In this document: in pieces, positions 8,349-15,750 of the stretch
Layout: each line of letters starts with the position of its first letter
Numbering within the stretch: the stretch's first letter is position 1
From: Nitrospirota bacterium
GTDB taxonomy: Bacteria; Nitrospirota; Thermodesulfovibrionia; Thermodesulfovibrionales; Dissulfurispiraceae
DNA length: 15,897 nt
NCBI GenBank assembly: GCA_040754455.1
Contig: JBFMCP010000051.1
Location: 1 to 15,897, forward strand
Reading direction: 5' to 3'
Position numbers and translations under genes: made by a program
The notes under the pieces: generated by a model
What the model was told of the DNA's origin: nothing
Databases searched by the model: none
Seen by the model: only the letters and a program-made list of their open reading frames with translations

Positions 8349-9908
8349 ATGGCTCGAGGCATTGCTGTGTCGTTATTCCTCACCCTCGCTGCATTCGTGC
8401 TCCCCCTGTGCCTCTCCGGAACGGTCGGCAGCGTTGCTGCAGAACAGCAAGAGAGCTGCACTACCGAAAAATGTCATAGCGCTATGGGCAAGGACAAGAA
8501 AGTGCACAGCCCTGTTGCTGCCGGCGACTGCCTCTCCTGCCATACGCCCCTGGGCAGCCACAAGTTTGCTCCTATCACCAAAGTCAGCGAGCTCTGCTAC
8601 CTTTGTCATGAGAAGGTCGATACCAGAAAGCTGGTGCATCAGCCGGTGAGGGAGGGCAAATGCACGGCCTGCCACAATCCGCACCAGTCGCCGTTTCAGT
8701 TTCAGCTCCGCACTGATGTCAACAGTCTGTGCGTCACTTGCCATGACAAGAAGTATATCCAGGCTAAATTCCTGCATGGGCCTGTCCCTGTGAGCGGCTG
8801 CACGATATGTCATAATCCCCACGAGGGTGACCATCCCCGGATGCTTATGGCGACGGGCAACGGCGTATGTTTTACCTGCCACACCGACAAGGCGGAAAAA
8901 TTTAAGAAGAGCGCGTTCATTCATAAGCCGGTACTGGACCTCTGCACCGGCTGTCATAATCCGCACGGCGGCGCATATCGTTTCAACTTCGACCTGGACA
9001 GCTCGGAGACGCTCTGTTTTAAATGCCATAAGGACAAGCAAGAGTCCATAGCAAAGGTTAAGGTGAAGCACGGGGGCCTCGCGACCGAAAAAAAATGCGT
9101 CGCCTGTCATGTGCCCCATACTGCCGACTATGCAAAGCAGTTGATGAAAGACCCCATGAACACCTGCCTCATGTGTCATGACCGACCGCTGGGCAAACCC
9201 GGCTCGCAGATCACCAACATGAAGGAACATCTCGAGAAGAACAAAGAACACCACGGCCCGATACTCGAGAACGATTGTGCCGGATGCCATAATACCCACG
9301 GCTCCGATAATTACAAGATTCTTAAAAAGTATTATCTGCCGACCTTCTATGCTCCTTTTAAACAGAAGAATTTCGAGCTCTGCTTCAGCTGCCATGAAAA
9401 GACGCTTGCCCTCGATGCGCAGACAACGACGGCCACGGGATTCAGGAACGGGGACCAGAACCTTCATTTCGTGCACGTTAATAAACCGGACAAAGGGCGG
9501 ACCTGCTCGGCATGCCACGACCCTCATGCTACGAGCAGTCCGAAACATGTGAGGGACAAGGCTCCCTTCGGTGTCTGGGGAATGCCGGTGGGTTTTACGA
9601 AGACTGCAAACGGCGGCTCCTGCCTGCCCGGATGTCATCAGGCATTCGGATATGACAGGGTAAAACCGGTAGTAAACAGAGGACCGCAGGGTACGGGTGA
9701 GACTAAGTCTGCTCCTGCGGCAAAGGTCAACAACGAAACGAAGGTGACGGCTGAGAACAAGATCAACGTTGCCGGGATCGAGCCTGTTGCTGCCAAAGTT
9801 GAGGGCAGGGCCGAGCCTGATGTAAAGGCCGCAGCTGAAACGAAAAGCAAAGGCGAAGCAAAGGCTGCAACAAAGGATAGGGCTAAAAGGAAAAAGAGTA
9901 GTAATTGA
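8349..9908 (+). CDS. Exported multiheme c-type cytochrome, about 15 hemes (doubled/paired CXXCH type)
   Basis: Signal-peptide-like N-terminus. 13 CXXCH motifs plus CTTEKCH (CX4CH) and CLPGCH (CX3CH), in a repeating H-x-P...CxxCHxPH...CxxCH unit. Start 8349 is preferred (AGGAGGT at 8336-8342); the alternative start is 8328. Confidence 0.93.
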   Translation: MARGIAVSLFLTLAAFVLPLCLSGTVGSVAAEQQESCTTEKCHSAMGKDKKVHSPVAAGDCLSCHTPLGSHKFAPITKVSELCYLCHEKVDTRKLVHQPVREGKCTACHNPHQSPFQFQLRTDVNSLCVTCHDKKYIQAKFLHGPVPVSGCTICHNPHEGDHPRMLMATGNGVCFTCHTDKAEKFKKSAFIHKPVLDLCTGCHNPHGGAYRFNFDLDSSETLCFKCHKDKQESIAKVKVKHGGLATEKKCVACHVPHTADYAKQLMKDPMNTCLMCHDRPLGKPGSQITNMKEHLEKNKEHHGPILENDCAGCHNTHGSDNYKILKKYYLPTFYAPFKQKNFELCFSCHEKTLALDAQTTTATGFRNGDQNLHFVHVNKPDKGRTCSACHDPHATSSPKHVRDKAPFGVWGMPVGFTKTANGGSCLPGCHQAFGYDRVKPVVNRGPQGTGETKSAPAAKVNNETKVTAENKINVAGIEPVAAKVEGRAEPDVKAAAETKSKGEAKAATKDRAKRKKSSN

Positions 9909-10048
9909 GCGCACTGAGTGTGATGGATCATCGAAAACCTCTTGAGGGGGAGATTCGGTAACAATAGTAGTTACGCATCGTTCGGGCTGAGAGTATAAGC
10001 AAAATAATGCTGTTTTACAGCATACAAAACTTCACGTCAGGGGGACTT

Positions 10049-10651
10049 ATGATTATTCTCAGAATGGTAGTCGTTGCAGCAGCTCTCCTTATCCCGCTCT
10101 GCGCCTTTGCAGCAGGCGGGCATGACGGCCTCGTATGCTCGGGCTGTCATGGGATTCACAATGCAAAGGACGAGATCATTTTTGCCGTACCTGCAAACAA
10201 GGTTGCCGTAAATCCGGCAACAAAGCAGCCCTATTCGAAGATTACCGCGCTCTGTCTCGGCTGTCACGAAACACCAGAGAAGGGCGGCATGGGCATCAAG
10301 CCGGTTTCTGCCCACATGAGTCATCCGTACGGACTCAACAAGATCAACTCGAAGGTCGCCCGCGTTCCCGAGGAACTGATACGGGATGGCCGCTTTGAGT
10401 GTATCGGCTGCCATGATCCTCATCCCTCGAACACCAATTACAGATACCTGAGGACCGACGTCGGCAAAGGCGAGAAGATGGAAGCCTTCTGCGCAGTCTG
10501 TCATCCGATGAAGGCTGACCCGAAGGCAGTGCCCCAGAAGGCCAAGTTCTTCGACAGCATGGATGAGCGGGCATTCGGCGGCTCTGCTGCTCCCGCTGCC
10601 GCACCTGCCGCAGCCCCTGCTGGCGGCGCTCCGAAAAAGAAGACCCCGTAA
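10049..10651 (+). CDS. Exported tetraheme c-type cytochrome
   Basis: Signal peptide ending in AFA, then CSGCH, CLGCH, CIGCHDPH and CAVCH, plus an SHP distal-ligand motif. ATG 10049 follows AGGGGG and is preferred over the ORF-track start at 10007. Confidence 0.9.
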   Translation: MIILRMVVVAAALLIPLCAFAAGGHDGLVCSGCHGIHNAKDEIIFAVPANKVAVNPATKQPYSKITALCLGCHETPEKGGMGIKPVSAHMSHPYGLNKINSKVARVPEELIRDGRFECIGCHDPHPSNTNYRYLRTDVGKGEKMEAFCAVCHPMKADPKAVPQKAKFFDSMDERAFGGSAAPAAAPAAAPAGGAPKKKTP

Positions 10652-10668
10652 TAGAAAGCAGTACAGCC

Positions 10669-10710
10669 AATAAAAAAGGACCGGCTGTTTGGGCCGGTCC
10701 TTTTTTTATT
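10669..10710. terminator. Bidirectional intrinsic terminator
   Basis: AAAAAAGGACCGGC-tgtttgg-GCCGGTCCTTTTTTT between convergent genes, overlapping the stop of the aldolase-like gene. Confidence 0.92.
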
Positions 10711-11920
10711 GATTAAGTTTTTTGAGGCAGAGGTCTATTTTGGAGAAATACTCTTCTCTGCAGGAATTTTCAATGGAGAGAAGCTTGCTGAAGGGCACTT
10801 GGAAATCGGTATGACCTGCGGTGAAGACCCCATGTCCATGGACGATTGCGCCTTCACATTCCTTTATTGCCGGCGGGACAGTATGCATAAGGCCGGTGGG
10901 GCCTGTCCCGATCTCTCCCGGGACCACGGGGATGCCGGAGATATATCGCCTCTCTTTGCAGGCATTGTAGCAGACAGTCCTGTCGCATCCCTCTTTCAGA
11001 CAGTGCATGGACATGATTACCGAAAACTTCGGATGCCCGTGCAGGATCGCCGTATATCCGGTTGTCGTATAAATGTTCTTGTGAGCAGAGAGCTCGGACG
11101 ATGCGGTAATGCCGACCGAGGAGGAACCGTCGAGGGGTACGGCATCGATGCAGCACTCGAGCTCGTCCAGCGAGCTGCCGGTCTGGCTGATGTAGATGGT
11201 ATCGTTATGCACGTAGGAGATGTTCCCGAAACAGGAATCGACGAGGCGGTGCTCGACTACCGCTCTTCCTGCCCTGGCGAGCATGCTGATGACGCTCTCA
11301 GCGGTATGCGGAAGTCCCTTGCAGGGGAACGGCAGAGGGCTGCTACCCGCAGCATTTCTTAATCCATTACTTATACGTTTAAAGCGCAACAGTGCTGTAT
11401 CAGAAGGAAAAGTTTTGTTTCTGGAGCACTCCTCGGCGTGAAGCAGAAAATCATAGAAATATTTTACGAACAGGGAAAAACAGGTGGAGCTGAAGGAGAC
11501 AAATGCCTGTTCCGGCGTCACCACGCCGTAGGTGACGATCCCTCGGTCTTTTATGATGGCCGCCTTGCGGCGTGACAATGCCCGGGCAATCGCCTCGTGA
11601 GAGAGCTCTTCAATAACAGGGATGTCATGGAAAAAGGTCCTCGTCTCGCAGTCCATAGGAATGACCTTGCGCCGTTGAAGGGCAAGGGGGTCGCGGGAAA
11701 TGATCTCCTGTAGTATGCTTTTATACGGTTCTGAAGGCTCTGCAAAGAGCAGCGTGCTGATGCTCATGGAATCAAAGACCCTGCTCAAGGTGAGCACCTC
11801 GCCGCTGATCGGCCTGTTCGACACAAGCTCAGCATCGAGGGCGAGAAACACCGCATGCTCCTTGTCAGCTAGCCCCTGTGTCTGGAGCTTGTCGAGATAT
11901 TTATGAATCAATCGTTCCAT
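10706..11920 (-). CDS. Class II aldolase/adducin family protein with a degenerate N-terminal duplicate domain
   Basis: The C-terminal domain has GNIS, SSELSAHKNIY, ILHGHP and VHGHGVFTAG (metal-binding His set). The N-terminal half has the parallel HDIPVI...AAIIKDRGIVTYG without those His residues. Confidence 0.85.
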   Translation of the reverse strand: MERLIHKYLDKLQTQGLADKEHAVFLALDAELVSNRPISGEVLTLSRVFDSMSISTLLFAEPSEPYKSILQEIISRDPLALQRRKVIPMDCETRTFFHDIPVIEELSHEAIARALSRRKAAIIKDRGIVTYGVVTPEQAFVSFSSTCFSLFVKYFYDFLLHAEECSRNKTFPSDTALLRFKRISNGLRNAAGSSPLPFPCKGLPHTAESVISMLARAGRAVVEHRLVDSCFGNISYVHNDTIYISQTGSSLDELECCIDAVPLDGSSSVGITASSELSAHKNIYTTTGYTAILHGHPKFSVIMSMHCLKEGCDRTVCYNACKERRYISGIPVVPGEIGTGPTGLMHTVPPAIKECEGAIVHGHGVFTAGHTDFQVPFSKLLSIENSCREEYFSKIDLCLKKLNQ

Positions 11921-11932
11921 AACGAAAGTAAA

Positions 11933-12061
11933 ACTCTAAATTCGAATATCTAAATCCTAAACACGAAATTCTAAACAAATCCGAAATGCAAATGGCCAAC
12001 ACTCTTTTTGAATTTGAGCATTCGAATTTGTTCGGGAATTAGAATTTCGGGTTTAGGATTT
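11933..12061. repeat. Heptamer-built inverted-repeat element overlapping the AOR stop codon
   Basis: Six heptamers ACTCTAA ATTCGAA TATCTAA ATCCTAA ACACGAA ATTCTAA (11933-11974). 11952-11974 AAATCCTAAACACGAAATTCTAA matches the reverse complement of 12039-12061 at 22 of 23 positions. Inner arms at 11975-11989 and 12018-12031. Confidence 0.88.
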
Positions 12062-13762
12062 GTCTTTTTCATAGCCTCTTATACGATAATAATTTCCCCG
12101 TGCCTTGAGGAACGCCTTTCGGTCAATGGGGGCTATGCGTATATTGTCACTTGATGATCCCTCCTCTTTGAAGAAACGCTCCGGCAGGTCATCATGAGCT
12201 GCGGTAAACCCGTTCCGTTCGTTTAGCTCCCGCTCGAGGTTCCAGATTCTCTCGCCGATCGCAAGAAGAGACTGCACGTCGTAGTCGTTCCCTGTTACGG
12301 CACTCACCGCTTTTGCATACTCCTCAAGGCTCGCGCCGAAGAAGACGAACTTGCAGGCAGTGAGCGAATCGACCACCGCGTTCAGGTCTTCGGCGATCTT
12401 GATGATCCGTGCCTTGCCCTCGAACGAAAAACGGTCGGTAGCCACAGGCTTTCTCAATATCTCATGACTTATGGGATAGGCCCTCAGGTGGCAGCCGCCC
12501 CTGTTTGAGGTGGCATAGGCTAGCGCCATGCCGTAGGCGCCGCGCGGGTCATAGGCAGGCAGCTCGAGCCCCTTCACCGACATGCTCAGCTCCGGCCGAC
12601 CCATTGCCGTTGCATAACGGCGTGAGCCTTCAGCGAGCGCTTCACCGAGAGGAGAATTCTTGCTCCCGATCTGTATGAGGAGTTGAAGCAGTTCTTCAGC
12701 GCTGAGCTGTATTCCATTGATTTCCGAGTAGCAGGAGATCGTGGAGGCTGCTGTGATCGTATCCATGCCGTAGTCATTGCAGATCCTGTTCGCCTCGACA
12801 ATGCGCTCTATATCGCTCAGACCGTTCAGCGCACCGAAATGGGAGACGCTCTCATATTCGGGAATCACTTCGCCTCCTGCTCCCACCTTCTTGCAGAGCA
12901 CCGGACAGCCGGCGCAGCCGGTTTTCTTTGATTTAAAGTGCTGCTTCATGTTATATCCGGAATACCTTGAGGCATCAGGAAAAAATGTCTTTCTGAAATT
13001 CTCGGTGGGCTCCATCCTGCGGGCATGGATGAGGTCGACCAGTGCAGCGGTGCCGAACTCGGAAAGGCCGAACTCGCCGTAGATTGCCTGCGATGCCCTG
13101 AGCAGGCGCATGATCTCCTCACGTGCACTCTTCAGCCCTTCTGCATCGGCGACCCTGACAGCACCACTGCCCTTGATGGCGATTGCCTTCAGTCTCTTTG
13201 CGCCCATTACTGCACCGAGTCCGCCCCTGCCCGCGCAGTAGTGGCCGTCAAAGACAATGGAGGCGAACTTCACCTGCTGCTCGCCGGCTCTGCCGATGAT
13301 CGCATGAGATCCGCGGTCACTGAGGGCCTGTGCGACCTCTGATATGTTCCTTCCTGCCAGTTGGTTTGCCCTGGCAATAACAACACTGCCGTTTTCTATA
13401 ATGATCGCGACCCAGGTATCCGAGGTGCCGGTAATCTCGATGGTGTCGTAGCCCGCCTTTTTCATCTCCGTGCCGAACCTGCCGCCGACAGAGCAATCGA
13501 AGACCGTACCGGTGAGCGGCGATCGGGAGAGCACCGACATCCTCCCCGACGTGGGAGCTGCAGTGCCGACGAGGGGGCCGGTGGCAAAGATCAGCGGCAT
13601 TTCGGGTGCATCATAGGGGAGGGTGATGCGGTCCTCGATCATGGCTGCTGCCATGCCCCTGCCGCCTAAGAGTGCGCTGCGCAGCTCCCATGGCGTGTCG
13701 TAGACGAGCACATCCTTGGTAGTGAGATCTATTCTTAAACTTTTTCCCGTATACCCCGACAT
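12053..13762 (-). CDS. Aldehyde:ferredoxin oxidoreductase (AOR/WOR tungstopterin family)
   Basis: GYTGKSLRIDL, LGGRG, SPLTG, GGRFG..MKKAGYD, AGRGGLGAVMGAKRLKA, 4Fe-4S motif CAGCPVLC, PEYE, GMDTI, YDPRG, NRGGCHL and DSLTACKF. Start at ATG 13762 (MSGYTGK) is preferred; the ORF track gives 13780. Confidence 0.93.
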   Translation of the reverse strand: MSGYTGKSLRIDLTTKDVLVYDTPWELRSALLGGRGMAAAMIEDRITLPYDAPEMPLIFATGPLVGTAAPTSGRMSVLSRSPLTGTVFDCSVGGRFGTEMKKAGYDTIEITGTSDTWVAIIIENGSVVIARANQLAGRNISEVAQALSDRGSHAIIGRAGEQQVKFASIVFDGHYCAGRGGLGAVMGAKRLKAIAIKGSGAVRVADAEGLKSAREEIMRLLRASQAIYGEFGLSEFGTAALVDLIHARRMEPTENFRKTFFPDASRYSGYNMKQHFKSKKTGCAGCPVLCKKVGAGGEVIPEYESVSHFGALNGLSDIERIVEANRICNDYGMDTITAASTISCYSEINGIQLSAEELLQLLIQIGSKNSPLGEALAEGSRRYATAMGRPELSMSVKGLELPAYDPRGAYGMALAYATSNRGGCHLRAYPISHEILRKPVATDRFSFEGKARIIKIAEDLNAVVDSLTACKFVFFGASLEEYAKAVSAVTGNDYDVQSLLAIGERIWNLERELNERNGFTAAHDDLPERFFKEEGSSSDNIRIAPIDRKAFLKARGNYYRIRGYEKDKS

Positions 13763-13807
13763 AACAAGATATTGTAACATGTCCGGTTGCGCGGCTTTGT
13801 AGAGGTG

Positions 13808-13829
13808 AACAGGATAATCCTGTTATAAT
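13808..13829 (+). promoter_or_regulatory. Extended -10 (TGtTATAAT) overlapped by an 8-1-8 palindrome
   Basis: AACAGGAT-A-ATCCTGTT at 13808-13824. TG-T-TATAAT at 13821-13829, upstream of the Mur ligase ATG. Confidence 0.5.
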
Positions 13830-13846
13830 GCAGGAGTTACGTTATC

Positions 13847-15205
13847 ATGAAAAAGCGACTGAAACTATTTTTCTCCGGCATCGGCGGCAGTGGCGTCTCG
13901 GCAATCGCGAGCTTCATGGCAGACAAGGGCCACACCGTTGTCGGTTCTGACCGCGCATTTGACCGGAATCCCGGCCATCCGATGTACACGCTACTCCGCT
14001 CGAAACATATCACCGTCGTGCCGCAGGACGGCAACGGCATTGACGCCACCTTCGACCTTGCGGTCTTCAGCACTGCCGTCGAACCGGACCAGCCCGAAAT
14101 AGTGAAGGCAAAGGCCCTCGGCGTTCCGTTAAAGACGAGGCCTGAATATCTCGCCCAGATCGTGACCGACTTCAGGACCATTGCTGTTGCTGGCACGAGC
14201 GGCAAATCGACCACCGCGGGCATGCTTGCCTTCCTTATGCACCGGCTGGGCATGCAGCCCAACTTCATCGGCGGCGGCAGGGTGAAACAGTTTAAGCAGG
14301 AGGGCAATCCGGGCAATGCCATCACCGGCGACTCGGACTGGCTGGTGATCGAGGCCTGCGAATCTGATGGCACTATCGTCAATTACAAGCCCGTGCACTC
14401 TGTCATCCTGAATCTCGACTTCGACCACCACGTCATCGACGAGACTGCCGGGATGTTCGAGACCCTCGCGAAGAACACCTCGGGCATGCTCGTCGTGAAT
14501 GCCGATGATAAAAATCTTTCGAGACTCGGCTTCAAAGAGGCCGTCACCTTTTCGGTCGATGTCTCCTCGCGCTACCGCGCTGAAATGATCCAGTACAACC
14601 CCCTCGGCACCGAATTCATGCTGCAGGGAACAAAGTTCTGCTTGTCTCTTCCCGGCAAATACAACCTCTCCAATGCACTCTCCTGCGTCACCGCGCTTGC
14701 GGAAATGGGCGTGCCGCTTGGAGATATCGCACATGTGCTCCCCGAATTCAGCGGCATCGAGCGCAGATTCGATATCCATCTCAGCAACGGGCAGGGGCTC
14801 GTCATCGACGATTACGCACACAACCCCCACAAAATCGCGTCTTTTATGCAGTCCATGCAGATGCTCCGCAGGCATATCTGCTACATCTTCCAGCCCCACG
14901 GCTTTGCTCCGACGCGGATGATGAAGAAGGAATATATCGAGGCCTTTGTACAGAACCTCCGCGATTCCGATCACCTGATCCTCCTACCGATCTACTACGC
15001 CGGCGGCACCGTCAGCAAAGATATCTCGAGCCACGATCTTGCCGAAGGCGTCAGGGCAGCGGGAAAATCGGTCGAAGTGATCGAAGAGCGGGAAACGATA
15101 TTGCGGAGAGTGGAAGCAGGAGAGAACTACGTCGTCCTCGGCGCCCGCGACGAAACCCTCGCTGACTTCGCCGAAGCATTGGCCCGTCGGCTCAATGATC
15201 GATGA
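13847..15205 (+). CDS. MurC/Mpl-like Mur ligase (stand-alone, divergent)
   Basis: GIGGSGVSAIA, VVGSD, FSTAV, P-loop AGTSGKSTT, EACESDG, PGKYNLSNA, GIERRF, DDYAHNP and FQPHG. Confidence 0.88.
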   Translation: MKKRLKLFFSGIGGSGVSAIASFMADKGHTVVGSDRAFDRNPGHPMYTLLRSKHITVVPQDGNGIDATFDLAVFSTAVEPDQPEIVKAKALGVPLKTRPEYLAQIVTDFRTIAVAGTSGKSTTAGMLAFLMHRLGMQPNFIGGGRVKQFKQEGNPGNAITGDSDWLVIEACESDGTIVNYKPVHSVILNLDFDHHVIDETAGMFETLAKNTSGMLVVNADDKNLSRLGFKEAVTFSVDVSSRYRAEMIQYNPLGTEFMLQGTKFCLSLPGKYNLSNALSCVTALAEMGVPLGDIAHVLPEFSGIERRFDIHLSNGQGLVIDDYAHNPHKIASFMQSMQMLRRHICYIFQPHGFAPTRMMKKEYIEAFVQNLRDSDHLILLPIYYAGGTVSKDISSHDLAEGVRAAGKSVEVIEERETILRRVEAGENYVVLGARDETLADFAEALARRLNDR

Positions 15206-15224
15206 ATACAAGCACTGTTGTGTC

Positions 15225-15254
15225 TTGAAAAAGGACCCTGGTTTAAGTTAAATT
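15225..15254 (+). promoter_or_regulatory. Candidate sigma70 promoter for tRNA-Val
   Basis: TTGAAA (15225-15230), 18 nt spacer, TAAATT (15249-15254), shortly upstream of the tRNA. Confidence 0.4.
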
Positions 15255-15269
15255 AAAGTTCATTTAAAA

Positions 15270-15344
15270 AGGCGCGTAGCTCAGTGGGAGAGCGCTACCT
15301 TGACACGGTAGAGGTCAGGGGTTCGAAACCCCTCGTGCCTACCA
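15270..15344 (+). tRNA. tRNA-Val(GAC), CCA encoded
   Basis: Cloverleaf: acceptor AGGCGCG/CGTGCCT, D arm GCTC/GAGC, anticodon arm CTACC-TTGACAC-GGTAG (GAC at 15302-15304), T arm AGGGG-TTCGAAA-CCCCT, ending in ACCA. Confidence 0.98.
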
Positions 15345-15360
15345 TATAAATCAATGATTT

Positions 15361-15392
15361 AGGCGTTTCGGAGATCCTCTGAAACGCCTTTT
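15361..15392 (+). terminator. Intrinsic terminator after tRNA-Val
   Basis: AGGCGTTTCGGAG-atc-CTCTGAAACGCCT hairpin (one G-U pair) followed by a short T run. Confidence 0.7.
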
Positions 15393-15591
15393 GATTTTCT
15401 AAGATATTCAATAAGATTGCTACGTATTTATTGGATTTGCGAAAAGGTGTGAAAATCCGGCTGTAAAGTCGTTTACTATTGCATGTCGCTTTTTGCAATG
15501 TGCAGGATTTATGCAGCAAAATGGGTTATCTCCCCAAAAGAGAGAGTGGCTTTCTACAGGTTTCAATTGGTGGGATGAATCTAAGCGTTTT

Positions 15592-15750
15592 TTATTTGCC
15601 GAAGCGTCTGCTCATGCACGCAGGGCACATGCAGTTTGCATTATAGAACTGTTTGTGTGAAAGACCGTGCAGAACTCCTTCGGCTTCATCGAACTTCGAG
15701 GTGATAATATCGAAGTATTGAGTATCGTATGCGTTATAACGCCGGAACAC
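15592..15750 (-). CDS. Small ORF or 3' gene remnant with a C-terminal CxCxxC motif (52 aa)
   Basis: Hand translation from GTG at 15750: MFRRYNAYDTQYFDIITSKFDEAEGVLHGLSHKQFYNANCMCPACMSRRFGK*. It is shorter than any ORF in the track and has no clear SD. Confidence 0.3.
   Translation of the reverse strand: MFRRYNAYDTQYFDIITSKFDEAEGVLHGLSHKQFYNANCMCPACMSRRFGK

Noticed and set aside
8373..9914. 513-aa antisense ORF (likewise 2476-3447, 6967-7833, 14129-14974 and the other overlapping ORFs)
   Set aside because: These are shadows of well-supported genes on the opposite strand or frame, with no recognisable motifs. They are expected in GC-rich coding DNA.
8349..13762. Cytochromes and AOR as one electron-transfer system
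   Set aside because: They are convergent and separated by a terminator. The cytochromes are exported while AOR has no signal peptide, and no membrane link is encoded here.
13847..15205. Assigning the gene symbol murC or mpl
   Set aside because: The substrate-binding motifs diverge from both and the gene is outside the dcw cluster, so only the family is supportable.
15295..15519. 74-aa minus-strand ORF
   Set aside because: It overlaps the tRNA antisense (MVGTRGFEPLTS is the typical tRNA-shadow peptide), so it is spurious.
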